From NCBI GenBank assembly GCA_020635725.1, contig JACJZF010000010.1, positions 74,061 through 138,060 on the forward strand: a DNA stretch of 64,000 nucleotides, in the 5' to 3' direction. Every line of letters begins with the position of its first letter. The first letter of the stretch is position 1. The position numbers were made by a program, and so were the translations under genes. Origin of the DNA: Flavobacteriales bacterium. Lineage in GTDB: Bacteria; Bacteroidota; Bacteroidia; Flavobacteriales_F; PHOS-HE28. The notes under the pieces are model-generated. The model made no database searches. It had not been told where the DNA came from and saw only the letters and a program-made list of their open reading frames with translations. This document shows, piece by piece, positions 28,301 through 36,234 of the stretch.

Positions 28301-29023
28301 CAGGATCTTACCGCTGAAGGAATTCACCAACTGCGCGCGGAAGGCTCCCACATTCTCCTCTTCGCGGATGATTCCATCGGCAAGGCCTTGCGCGAAGTAC
28401 GATTCGGTGGCATTGCCCACATCGGTGCTGGCCGCGCTGGCCCCCTCTCCGATGCTGGCGATCAGCGTTCCGTCCCGGGCGAAGAGCAAGGTGCCCGCGC
28501 CGTGGGTGTTGTACAGGATCGGGGCGCCCGTGGAAAGAGACTCGCCGAGCAGGATGGTGCGGCTCGCCGGGTCTGCCACCAGGTAGCCCGGCGCCTGTGC
28601 CGTGTAGCGCGTGATCCGCACGATGCTCGCCGCGTTCGGCTCGCTCACGAAGGGGTCGTATGTGGGCGTGCCGAAGTACAGCAGGTGATGGCGATCGACC
28701 ACGTACATCACGTAGAAGCGTCCATTGCTGAGGAAATCCGGGTCCAAGGCGAAGCCCAGCATGCCGTGATCCCCCCAGTTACCCACCTCTTGCTCGATGT
28801 TCAGCAACGGCGTGGGCAGCTTCACGCCATTCTCCACGATCCACACCCGGCCGCGCTTCTCCCACACGTACATGCGTCCATTGGCATCCCAGGCTGCCCC
28901 CACCGGGCTGCTCCAGCCGCTGAGCACCAGGGCATCGCTGAATCCAGCGGGCAGGCTTTGCGCGGCAGCCATGGACATGACAAGACCGCAAGCCAGTAAG
29001 GAGAGGAAGACCGAAGCGCGCAT
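25343..29023 (-). CDS. tandem paralog of the 21539..25246 protein (same domain order)
   Basis: 1226 aa, colinear with the downstream gene over its full length. Roughly two-thirds of residues are identical by eye in the propeller and PA14 parts. Ends …GQGNDRDPILLGIGGSTPTATRLQQLP. Confidence 0.9.
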   Translation of the reverse strand: MRASVFLSLLACGLVMSMAAAQSLPAGFSDALVLSGWSSPVGAAWDANGRMYVWEKRGRVWIVENGVKLPTPLLNIEQEVGNWGDHGMLGFALDPDFLSNGRFYVMYVVDRHHLLYFGTPTYDPFVSEPNAASIVRITRYTAQAPGYLVADPASRTILLGESLSTGAPILYNTHGAGTLLFARDGTLIASIGEGASAASTDVGNATESYFAQGLADGIIREEENVGAFRAQLVNSFSGKILRMDPTTGNGVPSNPFFDPAAPRAPRSRVWALGLRNPYRLTLKPGTGSTDPSQADVGTLLIGDVGWSNWEEHNVCTEPGQNFGWPLYEGMEASSYAAVLTYNRDEPNPLFNGTNCTVPFFRFQDLLKQDTPSHVNGHPNPCNAATQIPNSIPKFFHVRPAVDWQHGERSRCGAFNGSTAVTFDLDDPLSPVPGPRFGGYAAIGGPWRSWSGFPAEYQNSAFHGDYAGGWIRRFVYDDAGQVLSVHDFGTVNGAINWLGAGPDGCLWYIKYNGAELRRICNLSTVNLPPVAMVSQSLQYGTSPLMVAFDGSASSDPENGSLVYSWDFGDGSPVSSAVSPSHLFTAPLGVPTSFTVTLTVTDDAGQHTSTTVLVSLNNTPPVVSINSFADGAFYPIGMDTTWQLTADVSDAEHSGAQLSYAWQVILHHNTHEHPGAVVNAVSSSAITAGEGCDGQYYAYEVRLTVTDAAGLSATDVNWLYPRCYAVAPTAVIQVSALAGFAPFEVFFDGSASYDPGSIVSYQWSFGDGTSSLEPSPSKTYTDLGDHVVTLMVTDNDGLTGTASRTISLISLSEPQCHGPAGGLVRQVWNGVGGSTVADLTNSPNYPNNPTTSGVITSFQGPTNAGSNFGDRVRGFIVPPESGGYTFTLTSDDASAVFLSLNEEPRFKRQICSVPLNTLETEFGKYPTQVSETIELVAGAYYYVELLHKEGSGNDHFALRWQTPSNSVRTVIPGSALVQWADCPPGLRLRVNLGGPYHASSNLMRDDLRAAGLLPLSEPYSALGYSFIGGGGESTSPARLAITGANAVVDWVLVELRDKNNPSQVVASRAALLERDGDAVGTDGWARLNFSVPPDLYYIAVRHRNHLGAMSAGALSLDASEVSLDLTLASTPTYGSMAQSTMASGRTALWWGDVNRDGKLKYVGNGNDRDLILVAIGGTTPSNTVFGYRQEDVDLSGSVKYTGQGNDRDPILLGIGGSTPTATRLQQLP

Positions 29024-29078
29024 CAGACCTGAGTACCGAATCAGAGCGCGAAGATGAGAGGATGCGAGCCTCGCAGCG

Positions 29079-30161
29079 TCATTGTTCTGTAGCCGAATCG
29101 AAAAGCCCCAACTGACCCTGCGGCGGTGGCCGGAAAAGATCCGTGCGCAGGGGCGGCATGCGCGCCTCGCCGAAGTAGCGGCGCCGCATCACGTGGAACA
29201 GCCGTGCGATGTGGTCGGCCCTGGCACCGGTGCCCCGCATGCGCCGCCCGATACGACTGTCCGATAAGCTCCCTTCATGCACGGACCGCACCTCGTGCAG
29301 CACGCGATCCGCCCGATCGGGGAAATGCTCGCGCAGCCAGGCGATGAATACGGGCTCCACCGCGCCGTTCGTGCGCAACATGGTGTAGCCGGCTGTGGTG
29401 GCCCCCGCATCGGCGGCGGCTTCCAGGATGGCCGGCACTTCCGCTTCATTGAGCGCGGGGATCACTGGCGCCACCATGGCCATCACGGGCACCCCCGCGG
29501 CGCTCAGCCCTGCGATGGCGGCCAGCCTGCGCTGCGCGGTGCTGGTTCGGGGCTCCATCGCGCGTCGCAGGTCCTCGTTGAGCGTGGTGATGCTGATGGC
29601 TGCCGCGGCGAGCCCTTGCTCCGCTAGTTCGCCGAGCAGGTCCACATCGCGCAGCACCAGCGCGTTCTTGGTGATCACGGAAACGGGTTGCTTGAACTCC
29701 AAGGCCACCTCGAGCAGGCGGCGCGTGATGCCCTCTTTCCGCTCGATGGGCTGGTACGGGTCCGTGGCCCCGGAGATGCTGATGGGATCGGGCACCCACT
29801 TCCGGTGCCTCAATTGATCGCGCAATAGGTCGGGGGCGTTCCGTTTCACCAGGATCACCTGCTCGAAATCGAGGCCCGCGCTGTATCCCCAGTATTCATG
29901 CGTCGGTCGCGCATAGCAATACGCGCAGCCGTGCTCGCAGCCTTGATAGGGATTCAGGCTGTGCACGAACGGGAGGTCGGCGCTATCCACGCGATTCACG
30001 ATGGTGCGGGGCTCCACCGCCAGATAGCGCGTCGCACCCGCCTCTTCCAAAGGCTCATCGATCGCCTCGAGATGTTCCATGACGCGCTGCCGGGCATCGA
30101 AGCGGTTCGCGACCTGCCCGCGCGCCCCACGCCCGTTGACCGATTTTCCGTCACCCGCCAT
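29079..30161 (-). CDS. PA0069-family radical SAM protein
   Basis: RGARGQVANRF N-terminal signature and a CxxxCxxC cluster (GCEHGCAYCYA). ATG at 30161 chosen because the longer track ORF would overlap the divergent gene. Confidence 0.85.
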   Translation of the reverse strand: MAGDGKSVNGRGARGQVANRFDARQRVMEHLEAIDEPLEEAGATRYLAVEPRTIVNRVDSADLPFVHSLNPYQGCEHGCAYCYARPTHEYWGYSAGLDFEQVILVKRNAPDLLRDQLRHRKWVPDPISISGATDPYQPIERKEGITRRLLEVALEFKQPVSVITKNALVLRDVDLLGELAEQGLAAAAISITTLNEDLRRAMEPRTSTAQRRLAAIAGLSAAGVPVMAMVAPVIPALNEAEVPAILEAAADAGATTAGYTMLRTNGAVEPVFIAWLREHFPDRADRVLHEVRSVHEGSLSDSRIGRRMRGTGARADHIARLFHVMRRRYFGEARMPPLRTDLFRPPPQGQLGLFDSATEQ

Positions 30162-30228
30162 GCCGAAAATATAGCCTGTCCGGGACCTGAGCCCGACGTG
30201 ACCCGGCACGTCGGTAGCTTCGCCACCC

Positions 30229-31347
30229 ATGATGCGAATGAAGTACCCCGCCTGCGCAGTGGCCATGCTCCTGGCGGGCTGCCAAGCTGCAAGCCCAGAA
30301 GCTGCGACCCAACAAGACCCGCCCCCTGAGATCACCGGCTGGGACAGCACGTTGATCCTGTCCGGCGAGCGCCATTTCGCGCGACTCAAGCAGCTCACCT
30401 TCGGCGGCGACAACGCCGAAGCGTACTGGAGCTTCGATGGCACGCGCCTGGTATTCCAATCCACCAACCCGGCGTGGGGCGAATCCTGCGATCAGATACA
30501 CATCCTGGACCCGCTCCATGGCGATGCGAAGAAGCAGCCGCCGACGCTCATCAGCCTGAAGGGCGGCCGCACGACCTGCAGCTATTTCCTGCCCGGCGAT
30601 AGCCTGGTGCTCTTCGCCAGCACGCACGAGCACGATGCCGCCTGCCCGGCCGTGCCGGAGCGCCGCGCCGACGGCAAGTACGTATGGCCGATCTATCCGA
30701 GCTTCGATATTCATGTGAGCGACCTGCACGGGAACATCGTTCGGCGCCTCACCGATTCTCCCGGCTACGATGCCGAGGCCACCGTATCACCGAAAGGCGA
30801 CCGCATCGTGTTCACCAGCATGCGCGATGGCGACCTCGATCTCTATACCATGAACATCGATGGTTCCGATGTGCGCCGGGTGACCACTGATCTGGGCTAT
30901 GATGGAGGCGCCTTCTTCAGCCCCGACGGCAGCAAGCTCCTATGGCGAGCCTCGCGCCCCGCTACCCCCGAAGCGCAAGAGGAGTACAAGGCCTTGCTCA
31001 AAGAAGGACTGGTGAAACCCACCGAAATGGAACTCTACGTGGCGAATGCCGATGGCAGCGAGGCGCGGCGCATCACGGATCTCGGACAGGCCAACTGGGC
31101 CCCGTATTGGCACCCCGATGGGCATCGCATCATCTTCGCGAGCAACCATCGGAGCGAGCGCGGATTCCCCTTCACGCTTTACCTGATCAATGACGATGGA
31201 AGCGGGCTGGAGCAAGTGAGCCAGGGCGAGACCTTCGATGCCTTCCCGGTGTTCAGCGCCGACGGCCGCTACCTCGTCTTCAGCAGCAACCGCAACAACG
31301 GCGGCACGCGAGAGACGAACCTCTTCATGGCGGAGTGGGCGGACTGA
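30229..31347 (+). CDS. TolB-like / PD40 beta-propeller lipoprotein
   Basis: Lipobox LLAGC. Repeated PD40-type units (…SPKGDRIVFTSMRDGDLDLYTMNIDGS…, …SPDGSKLLWRA…, …HPDGHRIIFASN…, …SADGRYLVFSSNR). Confidence 0.8.
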   Translation: MMRMKYPACAVAMLLAGCQAASPEAATQQDPPPEITGWDSTLILSGERHFARLKQLTFGGDNAEAYWSFDGTRLVFQSTNPAWGESCDQIHILDPLHGDAKKQPPTLISLKGGRTTCSYFLPGDSLVLFASTHEHDAACPAVPERRADGKYVWPIYPSFDIHVSDLHGNIVRRLTDSPGYDAEATVSPKGDRIVFTSMRDGDLDLYTMNIDGSDVRRVTTDLGYDGGAFFSPDGSKLLWRASRPATPEAQEEYKALLKEGLVKPTEMELYVANADGSEARRITDLGQANWAPYWHPDGHRIIFASNHRSERGFPFTLYLINDDGSGLEQVSQGETFDAFPVFSADGRYLVFSSNRNNGGTRETNLFMAEWAD

Positions 31348-31442
31348 CCTCCCCTGATCGCGGTATTCTGGACGACGGAACCCAGCTGGGTGCGGCAGGG
31401 GACGATCTTCGCCGCGTGAAAGCAAAGGGAGGTCCTGGTTGG

Positions 31443-31772
31443 ATGCATCGGCTGGCCCGGCATTGGAACGTGCCGGTATCACGCGTGATTGTCATCCTGC
31501 TCGTGTTCGCCTGCACCGGGTTCACCGTGATGTTCCTGAAGCGGCCCGTAGTGGCCTGGGCCTCGGCAGGCGCATCGGAACCGCCCCTTCTCTTCTCGGT
31601 ATTCTACTACGTCCTCATCCTTCCGCTGTACAACGCGCTGCTGCTCGTTTACGGCGCGCTCTTCGGCCAGTTCAGCTTCTTCTGGTCCTTCGAGAAGCGC
31701 TTCTTCTCCCGGTTGATCGGGCGTCGAAAGCACGGATCACCCGCGCGGTCTGGGCCACGGGATCGCGTTTGA
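31443..31772 (+). CDS. small membrane protein (2-3 TM), unknown function
   Basis: ATG at 31443, with hydrophobic helices VIVILLVFACTGFTVMF and LLFSVFYYVLILPLYNALLLVYGALFG. The C-terminal ~33 codons overlap the convergent vsr gene, so the true end is uncertain. Confidence 0.5.
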   Translation: MHRLARHWNVPVSRVIVILLVFACTGFTVMFLKRPVVAWASAGASEPPLLFSVFYYVLILPLYNALLLVYGALFGQFSFFWSFEKRFFSRLIGRRKHGSPARSGPRDRV

Positions 31773-32151
31773 TCCGGCACTCCCAGAGGGTAAGCACGCG
31801 CCAGCCCGCCAGGCGGAGCGCGCGCTCCTTCTCTGCATCCCGCTCCTTGTTGCGTGCGAGCTTGGGGAGCCAGTACCAGGTGTTGCGCTTGGGGGCCCGT
31901 GGCGTGCAATGCGGGCAGCCGTGCCAGAAGCAGCCGTGCACGAACACGGCCAGTCGCAGGCCCACGAACGCGATGTCCGGCCTGCCCGGCGCTTTCGCAT
32001 AGTGCAGGCGATAACCGGTGAGCCCGGCGGCGCGCAGGTTCGCACGAATGATCAACTCCGGCTTGGTGTCCTTGCCCCTGATCCGGCTCATGGTGGCGCT
32101 CACCTGAGCGCTGGCGGGTCTTGGGCGTCTGCGTGAGCGCGCCGTGGGCAT
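31672..32151 (-). CDS. vsr: very short patch repair endonuclease
   Basis: MSRIRGKDTKPE, GRPDIAF, HGCFWHGCPHC, W..K...N..RD and GWRVLTLWEC motifs match Vsr. Confidence 0.85.
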   Translation of the reverse strand: MPTARSRRRPRPASAQVSATMSRIRGKDTKPELIIRANLRAAGLTGYRLHYAKAPGRPDIAFVGLRLAVFVHGCFWHGCPHCTPRAPKRNTWYWLPKLARNKERDAEKERALRLAGWRVLTLWECRIKRDPVAQTARVIRAFDARSTGRRSASRRTRRS

Positions 32152-32169
32152 GCCCCGAAAGTAAGGGCG

Positions 32170-33363
32170 TCAGTCGAGCTTGCCCCGAGGGGTGGCGCCA
32201 GCGATCTGCTCGTGCTGCGTGGCTTTCTCGTACTCGCCCTGCGTGCAGGCTTGCTCGTCTCTGAAGTAGAATACCCCGCCCCATTTGTGAAAGACGCGCC
32301 GGTACTCGGTGACATGGCCCTCTGACTCCAGCTTGATCAACGTGGTCACCTTGCCCGACTCTACGAGCAGGTCCTCGGTGCGGATGACCTCCGGCTCCTC
32401 CACCAACGGCTCGGGCTTGCTGTCGGCACCATCCTTGGCCACGGCCGGCGCCACGCGAGAGGCCTCCTCTCCCATCACCGGTTCGATCGCACGTCGGCCA
32501 TCCTCACCCTGTTTCGCTGCGGAAGCAAGCGGGTTACGGACCGGAACGGGCGGCGGCGGTGGTTGTGCCTTGGGTTTCTCGGGGGCCGGCGGAGGTGTTG
32601 CCACGACCTGTTTCTCGCGTTGCCGTGCCGCCTCCTTGCGCGCCGCCTCCTCTTTGAGCTTCGCCTCGCGCTCAGCCGCGGCGGCGGCTTGGGCCCGGGC
32701 CTCGGCCTGCTTCTCGGCTTCAGCCTTTGCCTTCGCGTCTGCAGCTGCCTGCGCGGCGGCCTGTCGCTCGGCCTCGGCTTGGGCCTTCGCTTGCGCCTTG
32801 GCCTCCTCTGCCTTGCGCTTCTCCTCCGCGGCATTGGTCCGGCCTTCTTCTTTCTGCTTGCGTTCAACCTGATCCACCACCTCCTGCAGCTGGGATTGGA
32901 TCGATTTCGTGTAGTCGGTATCGTAGTCGAAATCGCCGAGGCTCGACTCGTACCGGATCACACCCACGGGCTGGTTGAAGACCACGATGTTGATATCGTC
33001 GTACTGCTTGAAGAGCGAAACCGCGAAGTCGAAAGGCGTGAAGCCGTGCCCTGCGGCCTCAGCCGGCACATGCGTGTTGAAGGACAGCTTCTTCGCGACG
33101 AAACCATCCTTCTCGAAGGAGACGATGTAGTTCGCGTTGAGGTCCAGCTCCATGCTGAACTTCGAGAGGTTCGCTGTGATCGACCGCTCCTTCACGCCGT
33201 TCTTGTAGATCACGGCGCGCGCGCCGGCCAGGTCGCCGCCTTCGATCTTCATCCGGCCGTTCACCGTGAAACGGCCTTGCGCCATCACCAGGGCCGAAGA
33301 GGCCATGAGCAAGAGCATGGCGACCACCCTTGGGTATGAACCGGGCTTGAGCACGTGAACCAT
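32170..33363 (-). CDS. secreted protein: carboxypeptidase-regulatory-like domain + Ala/Lys/Glu-rich coiled coil + Pro-rich linker + conserved C-terminal module
   Basis: Signal peptide, beta-sandwich-like GRFTVNGRMKIEGGDLAGARAVIYKNG…, a ~90-aa KAEEAKAQAKAQAEAERQAAAQ… tract, PPPAPEKPKAQPPPPPVP, and a C-terminal VTEYRRVFHKWGGVFYFRDEQ. Confidence 0.75.
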   Translation of the reverse strand: MVHVLKPGSYPRVVAMLLLMASSALVMAQGRFTVNGRMKIEGGDLAGARAVIYKNGVKERSITANLSKFSMELDLNANYIVSFEKDGFVAKKLSFNTHVPAEAAGHGFTPFDFAVSLFKQYDDINIVVFNQPVGVIRYESSLGDFDYDTDYTKSIQSQLQEVVDQVERKQKEEGRTNAAEEKRKAEEAKAQAKAQAEAERQAAAQAAADAKAKAEAEKQAEARAQAAAAAEREAKLKEEAARKEAARQREKQVVATPPPAPEKPKAQPPPPPVPVRNPLASAAKQGEDGRRAIEPVMGEEASRVAPAVAKDGADSKPEPLVEEPEVIRTEDLLVESGKVTTLIKLESEGHVTEYRRVFHKWGGVFYFRDEQACTQGEYEKATQHEQIAGATPRGKLD

Positions 33364-33392
33364 GGACGCCCGTTTACGTAGGAGACCCGGTC

Positions 33393-33863
33393 ATGGTTCC
33401 TCGCATCCCTCGTTTTTCGCTGCTTGCTGTCCTCGCCCTCGTGGCGTTCAGCCAGCCATCGCTCGCACAGGATGCGGAGGGCGCGCTGGCAGGGCTCAAC
33501 GCGCTGTATGCCGGCCATGTGCGCTTCTCGCTCAGCGGTCCCGACCGGCTCCAAGTGGAGTTCAGGGATGCCAAAGGGCTCAGCCGCGTGGACCTGATCG
33601 TGTTGGATGAACTTGATCCCGAACGCATCGCCTACTCCTTGGAGGAGGATGCTGTGGTCCTGGCTTGCCGCGAGCCAGGAGCGCGCTGCATCCAGTCGGA
33701 ATGCTTCACGCAGAATACCGTGCGGCGGACCGCGCGCACCACGCTGCCCAGGGCGCTGGATGATAACGGCGCGGCGCAGGCCATGGACGCCCTGCGGCTG
33801 ATCATCGGCGCGGGTCTAGAGCACCTGGCCGAAACCCGTTCGACGTTCGGCCGTAAGAACTGA
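33393..33863 (+). CDS. hypothetical secreted protein
   Basis: 156 aa with signal peptide RFSLLAVLALVAFSQPSLAQ. No recognisable domain. Confidence 0.55.
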   Translation: MVPRIPRFSLLAVLALVAFSQPSLAQDAEGALAGLNALYAGHVRFSLSGPDRLQVEFRDAKGLSRVDLIVLDELDPERIAYSLEEDAVVLACREPGARCIQSECFTQNTVRRTARTTLPRALDDNGAAQAMDALRLIIGAGLEHLAETRSTFGRKN

Positions 33864-33879
33864 CGCTCTGAACACACGC

Positions 33880-34410
33880 ATGCGTACGATCCATCTCATC
33901 ACCGCCCTGCTCCTGGTCTTCTCGACCCAGGCGCAATACCTCGCCGACAACCGACCGCATGATCCGGCGGAAGAATTCTACAAGGGTGGCGAGAAAGCCT
34001 ACCGTGCCGGCGATTACGAGACCGCGATCGAGCTCTTCACACGCGCCGTCGACACCGATATGCGCCATGCCAACGCGCTCCTGCAACGGGGATTCTGCTA
34101 CAGCCTTCGCAAGGAATACGAGAAGGCAATCGGCGACTTCACGGCGGTGATCGAACTGAAGCCGGACCATGTCTGGGCCTATACCAGCCGCGGCAGCGCC
34201 TATGCCAAGCTCGGCCGCCACACCGAGGCGATCGCCGATTTCGACCAGGTGCTCGCGCTCGATGCCCGGAACGCGGAAGCCCTGAATAACCGGGGCTGGT
34301 CGCGCAAGGCCCAAGGCGACCCCGCGGGAGCCTGCCAGGACTGGAAGGCCAGCAAACGCATGGGCAACGCCGAAGCACGCATCATCCTTGAGAACAATCG
34401 CTGCAAATGA
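33880..34410 (+). CDS. tetratricopeptide repeat protein
   Basis: Signal peptide followed by 3-4 TPR units (…YKGGEKAYRAGDYETAIELFTRAVDTD…, …AYTSRGSAYAKLGRHTEAIADFDQVLALDARNAEALNNRG…). Confidence 0.8.
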   Translation: MRTIHLITALLLVFSTQAQYLADNRPHDPAEEFYKGGEKAYRAGDYETAIELFTRAVDTDMRHANALLQRGFCYSLRKEYEKAIGDFTAVIELKPDHVWAYTSRGSAYAKLGRHTEAIADFDQVLALDARNAEALNNRGWSRKAQGDPAGACQDWKASKRMGNAEARIILENNRCK

Positions 34411-34811
34411 CCAGACGCCTCACTCTCGCGACCTTCTTGCTCATCGCAGCCGCTGGCATGGCCCAGGACCAGGCCTATGCCGATTGCGTGCTGAAGACCA
34501 GCAGCACGTGGGGCGCCCCGTGCGAGCATTGCCAGCATTACGTGGATGGGTACAAACGCGACTTTAGCGGCACCTACCAGCTTGAACTGAAGAACACCTG
34601 CAACGAGGTCATCGAGGTGAAGGTGGCCGTGCAGGAGAAGAACGGCACCTGGCGCACCTTCCCGGTAAGGGCCTTGGGCGCCAATGAGGCCATGAACGCA
34701 TTCGCCTGCGAGGGCAGCGGCAAGTACCTCTATTGGGCACGCCGCGCCAACGACCACGAGATCATACTCCCGACCGATCGCGATATCATCACCGCCTACA
34801 CCGGCAAGTGA
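34407..34811 (+). CDS. hypothetical secreted Cys-containing protein
   Basis: Signal peptide, 6 Cys residues, and an ATGA overlap with the upstream TPR gene, which suggests an operon. Confidence 0.6.
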   Translation: MTRRLTLATFLLIAAAGMAQDQAYADCVLKTSSTWGAPCEHCQHYVDGYKRDFSGTYQLELKNTCNEVIEVKVAVQEKNGTWRTFPVRALGANEAMNAFACEGSGKYLYWARRANDHEIILPTDRDIITAYTGK

Positions 34812-34947
34812 TGCCAGCGCGCGCAGTGAAGGGGCCGGAAGATCCGGCCCCTTCGCGTTTTACACGCCATGCTGTTGATGCACGACCTGAGCGTGGCCTC
34901 GGGCTGAAGAGCGACCCGTTCATCTTTGAACACGCACCGTCTCCCCC

Positions 34948-35340
34948 ATGGCCCAGAAGCGATTCCACATCGATCGTACTGAAACCTCTCCTCAGATTGA
35001 CTTAGACCTGGACCAGGGCGTCTTGGAATTCATCGGCCGGTCACTGCCTCACAATTCAGAGCATTTCTACGGCCGTGTCTATCGGTGGATCGATGAGTAC
35101 CTCGAGGAACCCCGTGATCAAACCACGGTGAACATGAAGCTCGATTACCTAGACACCTCATCGAGCAAGCACCTCTACAACATCTTCAACCGTCTCAATA
35201 CGGTGAACAGGCGCGGTCAGCATGTGCGCATCAACTGGCACTATGAAAGCGGCGATGAGGAGATGGCGGAGACCGGCAAGGATTATCAGAGCCTCTTTCA
35301 GCTCGACTTCAATTTCGTAGAGGTCGAGGAGCTCTTCTGA
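34948..35340 (+). CDS. DUF1987 / SiaC-like regulatory protein
   Basis: 130 aa. Pattern TSPQIDLD…G.LEFIGRSLPHNSEHFY…W…LDYLDTSSSKHL…RINWHYESGDEEMAE matches the SiaC (DUF1987) family layout. Confidence 0.75.
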   Translation: MAQKRFHIDRTETSPQIDLDLDQGVLEFIGRSLPHNSEHFYGRVYRWIDEYLEEPRDQTTVNMKLDYLDTSSSKHLYNIFNRLNTVNRRGQHVRINWHYESGDEEMAETGKDYQSLFQLDFNFVEVEELF

Positions 35341-35502
35341 GGCACTCCGCTTCAAATCGGCAGTTCGCAAGCAGGCATCCGGAATTTCTGTCGCGTGGCC
35401 GCACCCGTAAGCGGTCAGTTTGTCGCGCGCATGGCCTCGGCATCGGCATTGCCGACCACGGCCCGAATGCGAACACGCACAACACAAACCAACCTACAAG
35501 CC

Positions 35503-35946
35503 ATGCTGATCACCAAGCACCCCTTCCGCAAGGCGACCTCCTTTCCCTTGGACAATTGGATGAACGCCTTCTTCGACCGCGATATCAGCGCCCCCTTGGG
35601 CCATGATGCGCACCGGGCGATCGCACCAGCCGTGAACATCACGGAGAATAAGGACGCCTTCAACCTGAGCCTGGTAGCCCCCGGATTCGCCAAAGAAGAC
35701 CTGAAGCTGAGCGTGGAGGACGATACCCTTACGATCAGTGCCGAACACCAGGCAGAGACGCTGGACGAGGGGCAGCGCTACACGCGCCGGGAATTCGCGC
35801 GCAGCTCATTCCGCCGCTCTTTTCAGCTACCGAACAACGTGAACGCCGAAGGGATCACGGCCGAGTACCGCGACGGCATCCTAGGCGTGAACATTCCGAA
35901 AGCTGAGGCGGAGAAGCCTAAGACCAAGGAGATCAGGATCGCCTGA
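35503..35946 (+). CDS. Hsp20/alpha-crystallin family small heat-shock protein
   Basis: 147 aa. PAVNITENKDAFNLSLVAPGFAKEDLKLSVEDDTLTISAE…F.RSF.LP…A.Y.DGIL is a canonical ACD. Confidence 0.9.
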   Translation: MLITKHPFRKATSFPLDNWMNAFFDRDISAPLGHDAHRAIAPAVNITENKDAFNLSLVAPGFAKEDLKLSVEDDTLTISAEHQAETLDEGQRYTRREFARSSFRRSFQLPNNVNAEGITAEYRDGILGVNIPKAEAEKPKTKEIRIA

Positions 35947-35965
35947 GCGGCACCACCGCACTCGA

Positions 35966-35994
35966 GAGGGCCCCGCAAGGGGCTCTTTCCGTTT
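35966..35994 (+). terminator. rho-independent terminator-like hairpin after hsp20
   Basis: gagggcccc-gcaa-ggggctctt stem (9 bp including 2 G-U pairs, GCAA loop) followed by tccgttt. Confidence 0.5.
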
Positions 35995-36234
35995 GCAACC
36001 GGAGCACCGGCTGGTACGTATGCCATTGCATCTCATCCAATCATCCATGCCTGCCGTGCCGCTCTCCTACTACCAGGATGTCCTGGACCGCATCAGCCAT
36101 GCCGATCGCGCGACCTTCCGAAAGGAGCTGCGCAAAGCATTCCGTCAGTTGCTGCCCGAGCAGCGCGATGAATTGAAGCGCTGGTTCCGCACGGCATGCC
36201 TGTGCCGACCAGCCGCGGAGTCGAAGCGATAGGT

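Noticed and set aside
35993-36232. 70-79-aa ORF downstream of hsp20
   Set aside because: The longer start overlaps the hsp20 terminator hairpin. There are no recognisable motifs, and coding potential cannot be distinguished from chance in this GC context.
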